From the NCBI GenBank assembly GCA_002633005.1, contig NMRA01000142.1, forward strand, positions 540,860 through 604,859: DNA of 64,000 nucleotides, given 5' to 3'. The notes under the pieces are model-generated. The model was given only the letters and a program-made list of their open reading frames with translations. It made no database searches and had not been told where the DNA came from. Below are positions 36,734-49,900 of this stretch, one piece after another. Source of the stretch: Phoronis australis (lineage: Eukaryota; Animalia; Phoronida). Position 1 is the first letter of the stretch. Each line of letters opens with the position of its first letter. Made by a program: the position numbers and the translations under genes.

Positions 36734-37951
36734 TAGGGCACTTTTCATTTTTATGTATGAATGCAGTACACTTTCACAGATGGGAGGTCAATTCAGGTTA
36801 TTAGCCACAATAAAATTGCTGTGTTCAAGAAACTAAATTTTGTTCCTTCATCAGGTGGGAAGGTATTTTTTGTCTTGCTAATTTTTATTTGAGATCATGG
36901 TTTGTGAATAAAATGACATGCAGTGGTAAGTGAACTTGTGGAGTCGTGTTGCCAGCAATGGCAAACTCAGTTATTTCCTAGTCTACATTTACCCACTGCT
37001 TCAAACTAGTTGGCTTCTCTCTCTGCAGTCGCAGTCCCTGGTTTGAGATGATTCGAACAAAACAGTTTTCATTAAAGTTATTGAAAATGATACCCAACAC
37101 GAAAGTGATAGGGAGCTTTAGCTGGATAGAGAAACAACAAGTCATCAGTTGGCAGGGAGGGGGACGCCCTGAAGCCCAATGCTACTATGAAGGGAAAATA
37201 TCAGGCAGTGAGTGATTAGGAGTAGTGAGGAGAAAATGGAATATTCTTGGTGCACTGTAAGTAAAATGTAGCTTTCATGTAAATCTGCTCTGGAATCTTG
37301 CTTAATGTCAAGGTCGCGTATGTGTGAACTTGGAATACATGAGGAAACTTGACAAGTTCACTCAAATAATCACATTCACGTTGATAAAAAATTTGCACTG
37401 CACTAGTTAAAATTAAATTATGTGTTGATAAAATAACGTAAATTTTAACAATCCGTTTTTAACTGTTGGTGACCTTATTCAAAAAAACAATAATTGATTT
37501 AGCCATTCACATAATTATTCCTCCAATTTCACTGACACAAGTTATGCTTAAGGAGAAAATGGGTGATCATGAGGCCAATAGTTGTCCAAATGAACATTCA
37601 ATTTCAAGTTTACACATACGCGATCTTGAGATTAAGCAAGTTTCCAAGCTCATGCAGAGCAATCCTGCTTCTGGCGAATTACCTTTTGGCCACGGAATGC
37701 TGGTTAGTGCAATGCTTTTCAGTATCTTAAGCCCTTGTGCGAGCAGAGCCATCGTAATTTGCACGAACTGAGCACTGAGATTTGTTGCTCTTGGGAATGT
37801 CGGACAAATATGAACATGTTGATAGTGAAGTGTAGTGTATTGCTTTAAAAAGTCGGTGCTCCTCCATGTCACAACAGAACAATACGGTACCCATATCTAG
37901 AATCGTATTACGTTCATGCTTTATGTTTTGCAGGATGACTCTATTAGCGCA

Positions 37952-40900
37952 ATGAACAAGTTTCACAACCAATCTGTGTCGGATGCCGACACTGATGACC
38001 TCCTCAGTGGTGTTGAACCGTTGGACAACATGACCTTCAGTAGCTTCCACTCGTCTCCCAAGACCTCGCCTCAGGGGCATGGCTCTGACAGGGACGTTGG
38101 CCTCAAGTATTCAACTCTAGAACAGATAGCAAATACCGATCACTCCAACAAAGATGTGCTCTACCCTTCGAGTATTTCTCATCACAGAAATTTTGACCAC
38201 TTGAAAAGCTATGGAACTAAAGATTTCAATTCTCTTCCTGTTACTCCCTACGAAGAGTATAAAGATTTCTCCAGAGAAGTAAACAAGCGCTATGCTGCCT
38301 CTGTAGATCAAATGAAAAGTGTTCTACCTGACACACAGGTGCAGAGTAGAAATCTACGTGAAAACCTTTTGACGCGCTTCAATGAAAGTAAAGTGTTTGA
38401 TAAAGATGTTCCTGGTAAGCAGCCATTGAAGTCTGATACTGATGATGATGATGTTGGAGCTAAAGACGAAAAGCCATTGGACGATGATCCAAATCGTGCT
38501 AGTCCACAAAGTTTCGCGGACAGCATTCTCAAATCGGCCTACAACTCTAACATGAGTGCGAGTGAGCTGGAGGCATTAGCCATCAAGAAATCTCCACCTC
38601 ACTCCAATAAGAAAGCCAACGATTCTAAGGTGTCGGAATTTCATAAACAAAAGCAAAGAGATGTTGAATCTGATACAATGTCCGACAGTGACAATTATCA
38701 AATGTCAAATGTTGATAGAAAATCTCATTCTAGAAGCTTGACAATGGATTTCGAGACTGAAAAGGTGAAATCAAGAAGCCCTGAGGACAAGCGTGCGAGG
38801 AGCTTGAGCTCACGGATTCACACCGAGAAATCTCCGAGGAGTTTAACCGTGGACTTCCAATACCAGAAGCGCAAGTCGTCAAGTCCAAAGAGCCGGCACA
38901 CTAGAAGCTACACTTCTAGGCCTGGCACTGAACGGTCCCCCAATGCAGGGTATCCCCTTACCAGGCGTGCAGTGAGTGACATAGGTCAGATACATGGGGA
39001 TCATCCCGATGATGATTGGATGTCTCACAAGTACAACCAGTCGGGTGGTTCTTTGCACCAGAGAGGTGATACAGCGAGTCTTGTGACCCTGCCTGGACAG
39101 CGATTGGCTGAACCAGATTTTTATGATGATAAGCATACAATGAGGACCTCTGGTGGCTCTAATTATACAAGCAGTAAAACCGCTTCTCACCGGCATAGTC
39201 CATCGTCCTACTTTAGGTCAAAGGTTAGTGCTTTAGATAAACTAATTGTGACTGAATATAATGTTATACTGGGTCATAGGAGTGTTGTGAAACTCTTCAG
39301 TAGTTGTCGGGTGTTTTTTACCATAGCTTGTGTTCGCCGAGCATTAGTTGTAAACAGATTCTATTGTCTGCAAGTTCTCAAGATTTCTATTCAAAGAAAC
39401 AGGTAGTTGTGTACTTTTGGGCATGTAGTCTGGTTTCAACATTAGTATAATACATTTGTATTTTATTTAAGGACAAAAACATCGAGATGGGCGTCATTGA
39501 AGACATGGAGTCTGTAAGAGGACATTTACAGTCTATGCTCAAGAACAACGCTCGTATGTATCTATTCTAACGCCTGACGTCCTTTCGAAGGCTGAGCCTA
39601 TACAGCAGTCTCTAGTCTTGTCCACTTGTTTGTTCACCACTTGTAACTTGTAACATACTTGGTAATTGTTGCATTTTCTGTTTCTAGTTCAACCACAGTC
39701 ATTGTTGAAATCCCCTATCATATTTATTATCTTTTAAGCTTTCTTCACCTATCACATTTTCAGCGTGTAGTGTTGCGATTTCTTCTTTTATTGTCAAAGA
39801 GGCGGCCTGGCAAACCATTTATAGTGTTTTTCGCACTTGAGTAATGGTTTTTGTATTTTTCAATTTTGAACCAATTGACTAATTGAATATACTTTGTGAG
39901 ATTTTTGTCACGGATCTGTTCCTTTGAATTCAGAGTACGATCGCTTAACAGATGACAAACTGATGGACGTTTCACCATCCCTGATGAGTCGACCAAGAAA
40001 TGACGACTCCATTGAGAGCATTTCAACTCTGATCGAGTGAGTATTCACTGCATTGTCACACAAGTGTGTCACTAAGCACTAAGTCCATTACACTATATTG
40101 TGATGTGTTTAGCACAGATCTACAATCATGGTAGTTCGAGAAGATGCAGTGTGGGTAATTGGCTAAGTTTACTTCCAATGATACTTTCACAGTTATCTCC
40201 TTGAATGAAATTCCAGATTAAGTTCTGGATTTACAAAATATTGCCAAGATGATAGTATATCGAGTGACAATGTCTCTACCTTTAATCATGGACCATTTTT
40301 CTTAGGCTGAATATAATAACCTCGAAATTAAATATTATTAATTACTAAAGGTGACATAGTTTGACCAAAGTCAATGTGTTTCAGGGGTCATCTGAAGGGG
40401 TTACCGGGTATGTCTCAGCCCCCTGAATTGGGCAGCAGAAGTGGTGTTGGAGGTGGGGGTGTCACGAAGGCGGATTCGTTACCGTCGGGCTTGAGCAAGA
40501 TTGACAACACCCTGTTTAGTGAGAATACGACACTCAGGGAAAGTTTGGAGAAGGAAAGGACAAGGAGAAAGGTAGGTCGACGTAGCTACACAGAGATTCT
40601 GTTGATATGTGCTAGACTGTATTGCTTGGGTGAGCATGGTAGTAGATGCAATTCTTTGGCCCAGACTATATTTGAAAATTGACTTATGGAATGACATGCT
40701 TTGAGTAAATTTTGAAATTTTGCGTGCTGCTGGCCAATTTACGAGTCGTGTGTTGAGTAGGTTTTGATTGCCGCAGGCCCTGAACAGAACTAGATCTGAT
40801 CTCTTAGCTTGTAGCAAGAAGTGTGATCGCTTGTTTTACTTTTTATTAAAGCACACAAGATCCTTTTAACTCCTTTGTTGGCGACATTGACACCAACATA

Positions 40901-43900
40901 CCTTCATTTTAGCGCCACCTATTGTCTGCCATTACAAAACATGCATAATAATAAAGTCACCATTACTGGTGGAGATGTAAATATTCATATCATCAGTAGC
41001 AGACGACATTACTCAAATTGTCTCCCCTGAAAATGTCCCATGCTGTTTTCATTTTAGTCTGTTTAGTCTAGATTCTCTCAAAACTTTTTCAATTCAGTCT
41101 AAGATTCCTACACATACTCATTGTTGACAATAGTTTTAGGTACCGCGTGGTTCGCCTTAGACAAATATGCAAACATGCCGGAAATTGCCTGTCACTGTTA
41201 CGTTTTTCATCTTAACTGTCCATTCTTCTCAATTCACAGAAACAAGAATATAGTTTGTAGAAATATATCTTTTTTAGTAAAGCGTGGAAATATGTTGCCC
41301 GGTCGGGGGCAGAAATCTTTTCGGACTTATATTCATTAGGTAACATGATGTGACCAAAAAGATGGCGTGCTGACGGGACAAATTGTTCGCAAGAATATAG
41401 TTACGTAGTATTTTCATTTGCTGCATATGTCGCTATCATTTTTACAGGAAAAAGTAAGACGTTAGTACCACTATATATTACTTTATCATTAATTTGTCTT
41501 CTAAAGCAGAATCCGAACTTCTCAAAAACGCTGCAGAAGCATGTTTCAATACTCAATGTAAACTGGTTTTCAAATTCAGTTGCGCTTCATCCTGCTCATA
41601 AGGAATATCGCTTTTTTCAGCACTGTGAACACAGCATACAGACTTTGCAAACGAAGGTACGTTCACTGGGAATTAGACTGCTGTGTCCATTTTCTGCTTT
41701 GCTGTCTTATTGGCTAGACTGGTATTATAAGACGTTTTTGTCAACTTAGGGGACTCAAAGTTTAGGCTCAGTCATGATTCACAAGATGATTTTGTGTTCT
41801 GCTCTATTGTCTTTGTCAATCAACAAAAACTTTTTTATATCAGATAAAATCATCACGGAGAAGTTAAGGGGAAAATTTTGGTGCATTCACAGATTAAGAA
41901 TATTTAATTTTGTTATGTCTCGTTTGATTAGAATTGGGACGTGGCGAAATGAGACTCACCAAGTATATTACTCTTGTTAAATTTTGCTTGCATGCTGGTA
42001 ATTATTATTCCAAACAGTATTTAGGGATTGAAATGTCTAATACCTGACAACTTTCAGTTTGAGAGAGGTTTTCTGTTTTCAGTTACTGGAGTCCCAGCAA
42101 CAGTTAGCCGTTGCCGTGTCGACGGAGAAGAAAAAAGATGTCATGATAGAGCAATTAGATAAGGTGCACTGTCTTATGTAAATAATTAGAGCTTTTGAGA
42201 ATAATGTAATCTAGCTTGATTGTGTGAAATTGACATTTTTAATCTTTGCAAGACGTCAACTTAGGAATCTGAAATTAATCTATGGCATATCGCTTTTCCA
42301 CTACTTGGTTATCAGCTCGTCGATTTGGATGACATAGTTTTCAAATTTTTGTGTTGAACTTAGCATCTACCAGTTTTCTAGTTCCATAAGTGATATTGTA
42401 TGAGCTTAAGAACATCTCGATTCCTAAGTAAAATGTTGATCGTGTTTTCAGTTAGCAGTACGTTAATGACTTAGTGCTGGGAGTGAGTGATTAACCTGCG
42501 CGCAGAGTCGTGTATGTGTAAGTATATTTCTCTTGTTTCAGACATTGGCCAAAGTGGTGGAGGGATGGAAAAAGAGGGAGGCTGAGCGCGAACAAGTGGC
42601 TGCTAGAGTGGAAGAGGAGAAGAGGGAGATAGAAGATAAGTTCACTAAGGTACTGTTATACTTCGGATAGCCAAAGAAGTGATTTTGCGATAAAATCCAG
42701 TTTTTAGCTTTTTAATGTTACTGTGTAGTCAAGTTTGAAGTGTGGAATTTGTCCAAGAAAATAGCACTCACAGGCACTGTGGCGGTCTTTTGAAAATGTC
42801 CAGTACAACTATTCGACGTTTATGATTTTCCGTCCATGTGGTTTGTCAGTGTTCAATCGTTGCAGTACGATAGCAGCTTACAGAATGGTATTTTTGTCAG
42901 ATTTGTGTTGATATATCCTGTAAACAAATTTCTCAAAAGTTTTTGATCTCGTGGTGATGTACGTGCTTTTACTCTGGTTTGTTTGTAGGAGTTGTCCGAT
43001 TTAAGACAACAGATGTCAGGTTTGGATGATGAGTTGTCTCAGGAAAAGCAGAAGGCACTTAGGGCTATGGATGAAAAGGAGGCCGAGGTGAGCGATGTCG
43101 CACACATGTTTTAATAATTTGGCTGTTGTCTTCGCCTGCTGCTGGACCTTGGGCTGTCTAACTTAAACTTTGCCAGAGTGACATTTTAACTGGTAGCCAT
43201 GTCATGTCTTGTGTATATTTATTATTTGTTATAGTGACACGGATGCATCGTAGAATATGTGTAAACATGGTTCTAGTTTTGTTGTTGGTACTAGTGAAGT
43301 TCTGCAGTTGGAAATGAGGAACTCGAAGTTCACAGGCCTCCTGGAAATCCATGCATTCAGGTGATCTCGTAAGATTCTTATACCATGAACTAACCCATCT
43401 GGTGATCATCTTCCTGCTCTCAGTCCATTCTAATAATAGAACGTCACTTTCTTGTTCATTCACACCACCTAGTGAATAACAAGTGACCCATGACTGAGAT
43501 ATGTAATTGATAGTTATAAACAGGCCAAATGTCTGCGTTTATAGATCAAGCTGCATGAGACTGAGCGAGATCGGCTGTCAGAGCTGGTGGAAACTGAGCG
43601 AGAGCGGGTGAAGAGGACGGAGAGCGAGCGGGACCGTGCTGTCAAGGGACGGGACCATGTCACTAGGCAACTAGAGGCCCTTCAGAAGACTTTGAATGAT
43701 GTAAGTGGGTGTTGGAAGTGAACCGTCAACTTCTACTACCAATACTGAGTGTAGTGGCGTGATTCGAATGCCAAGTGTCTATCATTTAGTAATTTCCTCC
43801 ATATTACTGACCTTCCCTTTGCCTTGAGGGAATGATCACATTAGTAAGGTTAACACTGGGTTAAAAGTTTAAATTGTCTACCGTGGCTACATTTTAGCAT

Positions 43901-46900
43901 TTCTCTTTAAGACTGTAATTTGTATATAATGCCAAGCTATTGTGTTGTATAGACCTATTTACTTATGGCGAGCCTTGTGTCACACCAGTTAGTCAAAGAG
44001 AGTCTCTGTCGCAATCTCTGTTGTTTGATCTTACCACAATCAGTCACTTGGTATTTTGTTTGCAGGAACGAACCCACTGGCAGGAAAGAGAGCATGAATT
44101 GACGGATTTGTTGGATGAGGCGAGAGAGAGTCAACATCAGCTGGTTGTGAGGGAGAAGGTGAGTGACAAATGTTGAGGTCAAAGGTCGGTCACTTTATAT
44201 TGAGGCAGTCAGGACATTTTGTGTAATAAAATGTACTGAAAAGGTTCAAATACTTTTCAGAGTAAGTAAAATATGCTAGATTGACCAAAAATACCTTAAA
44301 AAAAGGCATCAGTCTCCCCTTTAAAGTGGAAAACAAAATTTTAGAGAGACATCCCCTTGCCCTTGTCAACAGTAAAAAGTGACATAAACAACCTAACAAA
44401 TGGCTCGCCTCTCGGTAATGCGTGCAATAACTACCATTTAGGAAAACACTCTGAGCGACTCACTTCTAAACAGTCTGTCAGTCATTCACTGCGTAATCAC
44501 ACCCCCACAGACCAAGTTTCAGGTTTTTCTGTGGGCCTTTCACGTCACTGTTCTTTTGTTTCCTAGTGCCTGGAAAGCAGTACTATAAACGCTGGAAAAT
44601 GTCATTCTGAGACAACCAGGCTACATCAATAATGGATATTTCCCCCTTTAAACTGTTTCTTCTCGAGGTTAGTTCTAGCTACTGCAATACATAGTGTTGT
44701 TGTGTGGTGATCACTGCATTGTTCGTGTGTAGGACAAGTTGGACGAGCAGCAGCGAATCAACAGAGACACCCAGGAGGCACTAGATGGCGCCAGGAAGGA
44801 GATACAGCGGTTACAGCTGGACCTTGACTCTGTGGCTAGGGAGAAGGTAGAGACGATTTATGTATACATGTAATGTCTAGGTTGGGAAGTCTCAAGATTA
44901 AAATTGTTCTGTAGAATCTTTCTTGCTCCTTATTAATAACAGTGTTCAATGGTGAAAACGAAAAATTTGATTTTGTAGTCCAAAAATTACAGCTGCTACT
45001 TTTTGAAGTAATTGTTCACTTAAAGTATGGTGCATCTGTTATGCGCATAAGTTTTTTGTGGTGAGTGCATGTGTTTTTGTCATATTTCTTAACCTTTGAC
45101 CTTTCAAGGACCACCTGAAGATGGAGTGTAGCTTAATAGAAGCTCGTGTTGAGAACACACGCCAGAAACTGGAGGCGGAACTTCGGGCGGAGTTCGAGAA
45201 ACAGGTCAGTTAGAGAATTTTCGTGTCGTATCTCCGGCGTCCCTTGACGAATCTTTCTGAAAATCTGGATAGATCTTGTCAAGTGTTATCTGCATTGTGC
45301 CATCCATTTCTCACTACAACTTACCGTTTATGAGGTATTTGAGATTTACTGGTCTGATGAATGTTCTTTTATTGACTTATTTCTAGCTGCACTTTGGTCA
45401 TATTCATGATATGGAGCAGATTTTTGTCTGATCGACAGTAATTTTATGTATAAATTTTTCTCTAGTCAATAGCGCAAGGCGAAATTGGATGCAAGATGTC
45501 GCTGTGACAACCATTTTTAGAATAATGTTTGTAGAGCTCCAGCTCCTTGATTCTTTGACCGAACCTTGTCAAATTTGGTATGTAAATAGATCTTCGCAAG
45601 GGCTATCTGCAACACGTGACTGGTGCATTATTGGTTTCTCGCTACGACTTACCGTTCTCGGGTTATTCAAGATTTTTGTAATTTGATGAATGTCTTTTGT
45701 TGACCAGTTCGTCAATGAACTTTTATTGGTTTATCATTTACAGTACAGTGGTTTAATAGGGGTGCCGCTCCTTAGATCACTTCAATTGTTGAATTTCTTC
45801 CGCTGTTATAATCATAAATGCCAAGTGTTTTGTTTCCCTTTTAGACCTCACAAAAACTGGCCGACTCTCAGAAGCAGATGACTGAGTATGAATCAGAAAT
45901 CCGTGAGAGCCACCGCCACCAGGTGAATGAGTTGACGCAGAAACACGCCGAGGATGTTCGCAGTGTTCAGGAGCACTGGCGCACCCTGGTGCAGCAGAAA
46001 GAAGCGGCGTTTGCGGACAAGATGAACATGTTTGAGGAACGTTTAAAGGAGGCGCGTACCGAGATAACACAACTGAAGGTGGATAAACAGAAACTAGAGA
46101 TTCAAAGGTATGTGTAGGGAGATAGGAAGAGAAATGGAGATGGGAAGGGAAATCTCTTTGTGAAACAAGAGGTTCAGAGGTATGTTTTGGGAGATGGGAA
46201 GGGAAATCTCTTTGTGAAACAAGAGGTTCAGAGGTATGTTTTGGGAGATGGGAAGGGAAATCTCTTTGTGGAACAAGAGGTTCAGAGGTATGTTTTGGGA
46301 GATGGGAAGGGAAATCTCTTAGTGAAACTAGAGGTTCAGAGGTATGAGATGTTCAAGGATTAGAGTAGGGGGATATAGTTGATTGAGGCTGAAGGCTAGA
46401 TGTACAGGCAAGGTGTAGGATGAGAGAGCGAGTGTATGTAGGAAACTTGGAACTTCTTGTGTCGAATATACCGACTGCTAAACTTCACCTCACTTGCACA
46501 CATGGTGTTAGAAATGTGTTTATTGCTCCTTAGTTACCCTTTGTTTGTTCAAAGTTCTCCAGCAACTAGTGTAATGAAGAGGCCAGCAAATGTTGTAAAT
46601 AACACTAAGTCTGGTACAACAGTGATACTGCTAAGCATGTGCCACTAGAGGGCGTTCTGTATGCGTAGTTATTGAAATCACTGCCTTTCACTGCTGCAGG
46701 AATGACATTACCAAGCGACTGCAGTCGATGATGCAGGCCCACTGTAATGAGGCACTCAGTCTGCTGGTTGGTGCTAAAGGCCAGGTGGGTACCGCTGGGG
46801 ATTTTCAGTGACTACCGCAGTCTGTGGGCTGTTACTGATCAGTTGTGTTCCAACCAGTCTGTGTGTTCACGGAAGAACGTTTTTATTTTTGGTTTGAGGA

Positions 46901-49900
46901 GGCCTTACAAGTGTTAGTGGGATGTTGCCTGGATGTGTGCATAGCAATTCATGTTACTAGCTTTTGTTGTAACGTGGTTCCCCTCGGTAAAGTTGGACCT
47001 CGACAGTGTAGTGATTAAGTGTTTGTTTCTTGTGATTGTTGACAGGTTACTAAGCAAAGACGATTATCTTAAGCTATCAACTTAATTTCTGGTGTTTTTT
47101 CAAAGTGTTTAACTGTCCTGGTTATTTTTCACCATTCTGGCTAATTTCTAAAATGCCAAAGGTCTTACAGTTTACTGTACATTTAAGTTGAAAGGAATGG
47201 CTAACCAGTTTTTGCCATGGTGGAGCCAATAGTCCCTCCAATGATATGAGCACGGAGTTTTTTGTCTGGAATATTTATTTCAAGATTCGTTTTAAGAAAA
47301 AAATGTATGGCACTTGGAATTCCAGTGGTGGCCATGTTTGATTAAGATATCTTTTGTGAAACTGCTCTTGTTATGTCCATCATCAAAAATATATAGAGCA
47401 ATAGTCTTGAAGTTGGGACACATAATTCCTGCATAAAATATATTCCATGTAAGTGAGAACTCACAACAAGAACTGTGAGTGGGCTGTTTTCAGTCTTTGC
47501 CACGTTGGAATCTTCAATATGTTGCACTTTTCTTGTTATTTTTTCTCGTATCATCAACTGAACGATTCTGGCCCAAAATCACATTAAGCTGCTCTGCTAC
47601 TAGTACTGGAAACCATATAAATCCTTAAGAAGACATTCCGTTTGAATCTTGTCACGACCAAGTAATTGGATTGAAACGGTGCACTCTATTTTGTTACAGA
47701 AAGATTCCAGCTTGTCGGTGGGTACGGCTAACTCTACGTTGGTGTCTGGGATTGAGCCTATTAACACCAGTACCAACGACTTTGTGGAGAAGTACTTGAA
47801 AAGGTTAGTGATCTACTAGGTGTATGGTGTGGGAAAAGTTACTGCAAGGTACCAAGCTATTTATATATAGCAGTGCGGTGTGTCCGTGTCCTTTGACGAT
47901 TGCCATACATTTCAATTGTGTAGGAGAACCACTGTTTTTAGTTTGTGTTGCCGTAAACAGCAATTGAAACGGTGAACTGCTAACATTTTCTTAGTATGGA
48001 GTAATACAGTGGCAATGGTTTTCTTCATGTGAAGGAATGTACACGAGTTCATCAAATTTGGACTGAAAATCATCGTGGATTTTGTTCCTAAATGGTCATA
48101 GATAATTGACTATCTGATCAGATTGTAGAATTCACGTAGGTTAATAATATTTTTCAGAAATTCTAGAATAACTTTTGAGCAGATTTTTAAGTGACTGAAA
48201 AAATAAGACTACAATTTTCAAAACGTTCTGCTGCCGGAACTAAATACATTTAAATGTTTCTGTTGCAAACTGTTCATCATTGTTGTCGTATTTATTATTC
48301 TACCAGTCTTGTTTTGATGTTACAGTTACCAACACCAGGAATCTCAGCCAGCATCTTCTCAAAGACTCGGAGGGCATGTGTCCAGGCAAGAGCCAGATCT
48401 CCCATCACTAACACCCTCTGTTGTCGGCCAGGTGCCATCATCTCGCTCCGTCCACGCTTCACATCAGCCGTTCCATCTTCCTCCAAATGTGGACTATACG
48501 TCCTCAGGTCAGGTGTACAAACTTCAGCCAGTCTCGGACAGTGTCCAGGGTCGGTCTGTACCAAGGATGTTTGACGCTGGCCTCACTGTCGACCAGCCAG
48601 GCGCTGCGTACTCCATATACTCCGGCTCAGGTTCATCAGAGTCTATGGTGACAGCGCGCCAAGGCATGTCCTCGATAGATGTCAAGGGGGTGTCGAGCTC
48701 AACAGAAATTGCGGACAACTTCGTGACTCCAGCTGTGAGTCAGGATAACATGTCCTTACCCGTTCACTTCCCCCCGTTCAGTACGTATTCACAGATTCGC
48801 CCCTCAGGGTCCGCCTATGCTGTGACCAGCCTTGCTTCCACCCAGCCTTCCAAACAAGAGACTCACACAACTCCTGCCAGAGAGCTGTTTCCGTCTAGCT
48901 ACAACATACATGCTACCACTGGTGAGGTCAACAGACAGGTGCTGCCTTCCAAGTCCGTTTCGTACAGCAACTACAGCAGGCATGTTCCTGATGGAATAAC
49001 TGACGTGTCCGGTAAGTGGACAAGACTGCCGTCTAGCAATGTTTTTTACTCATGTTTCCATTCCATTCGTAGACATATTCGGTCTTACTGCTTGTAGTAA
49101 TTTTTTATTTTTTCAGTTGTCGGTATTTAAAGTGACACAATTGGCTTTTGGGTCAAAAAATGCTTTTTTGAGGTCATTGTTGAATAGAATAGACTTTTTG
49201 AAGTTATTGCTTTTGACCAGAGTTACGAAAAAACAAAGAGCACTTGTGTTTTTGCAATTTTATTTCTATTTGCCAATTCTTAGTTGGCTGAGGTCCATGC
49301 TGGTGACTTAATCAGTTAGTCATTAAAATTACTTGGTCTCTCATTGAGCAAGATTGAGCTCCACTAGCATAGTATCTAATTGTGACCGCAGACACTGTGG
49401 GTTTGAATTTGCATTGGGGCTGATCTCTAAAACCACTTTTATTCTCAATTATGTCACTTCACAATGACACCTCTCGCATCATGTGAGTGGAAGAAATAGA
49501 ATGTAATTGTAATATTTATTGCCTGGTTTTCTCCAGCTATGACTGGTACAACTGCGGTAGACCACAAAGAAGAGGATGACAATATCAGTGTGATATCATC
49601 TCTACTGAATGAACCGTCCAAGTGAGTTGGTTTCACATGATTCACTCATGCCACCCAAGTTATGGGTCATGGTCATCGTAGGCCTAATGGTTGAAGGTAT
49701 ACTTAACGTCGTTATGGGAACACAACTTGACCTAGGGACATCCTGTTTCACATTTTAAAAATGACCGTTTTTGACTTTAAAGTGCTTGGTACACAGCTGA
49801 GAATTCATTGTCTCATCCCTTTCTTGTTGAACTGTTGGATTTAAGGTCTTTGACAGAATTTCCTAGTTGTCCTTGAAATCGGCTATTCGACATTGTGTTT

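Noticed and set aside
46160-46363. Repetitive ORFs (KQEVQRYVLGDGKGNL)n and a CRISPR-like look, also at 54368-54571
   Set aside because: Contiguous 54-bp minisatellite with no unique spacers and no cas genes, in a eukaryotic intron.
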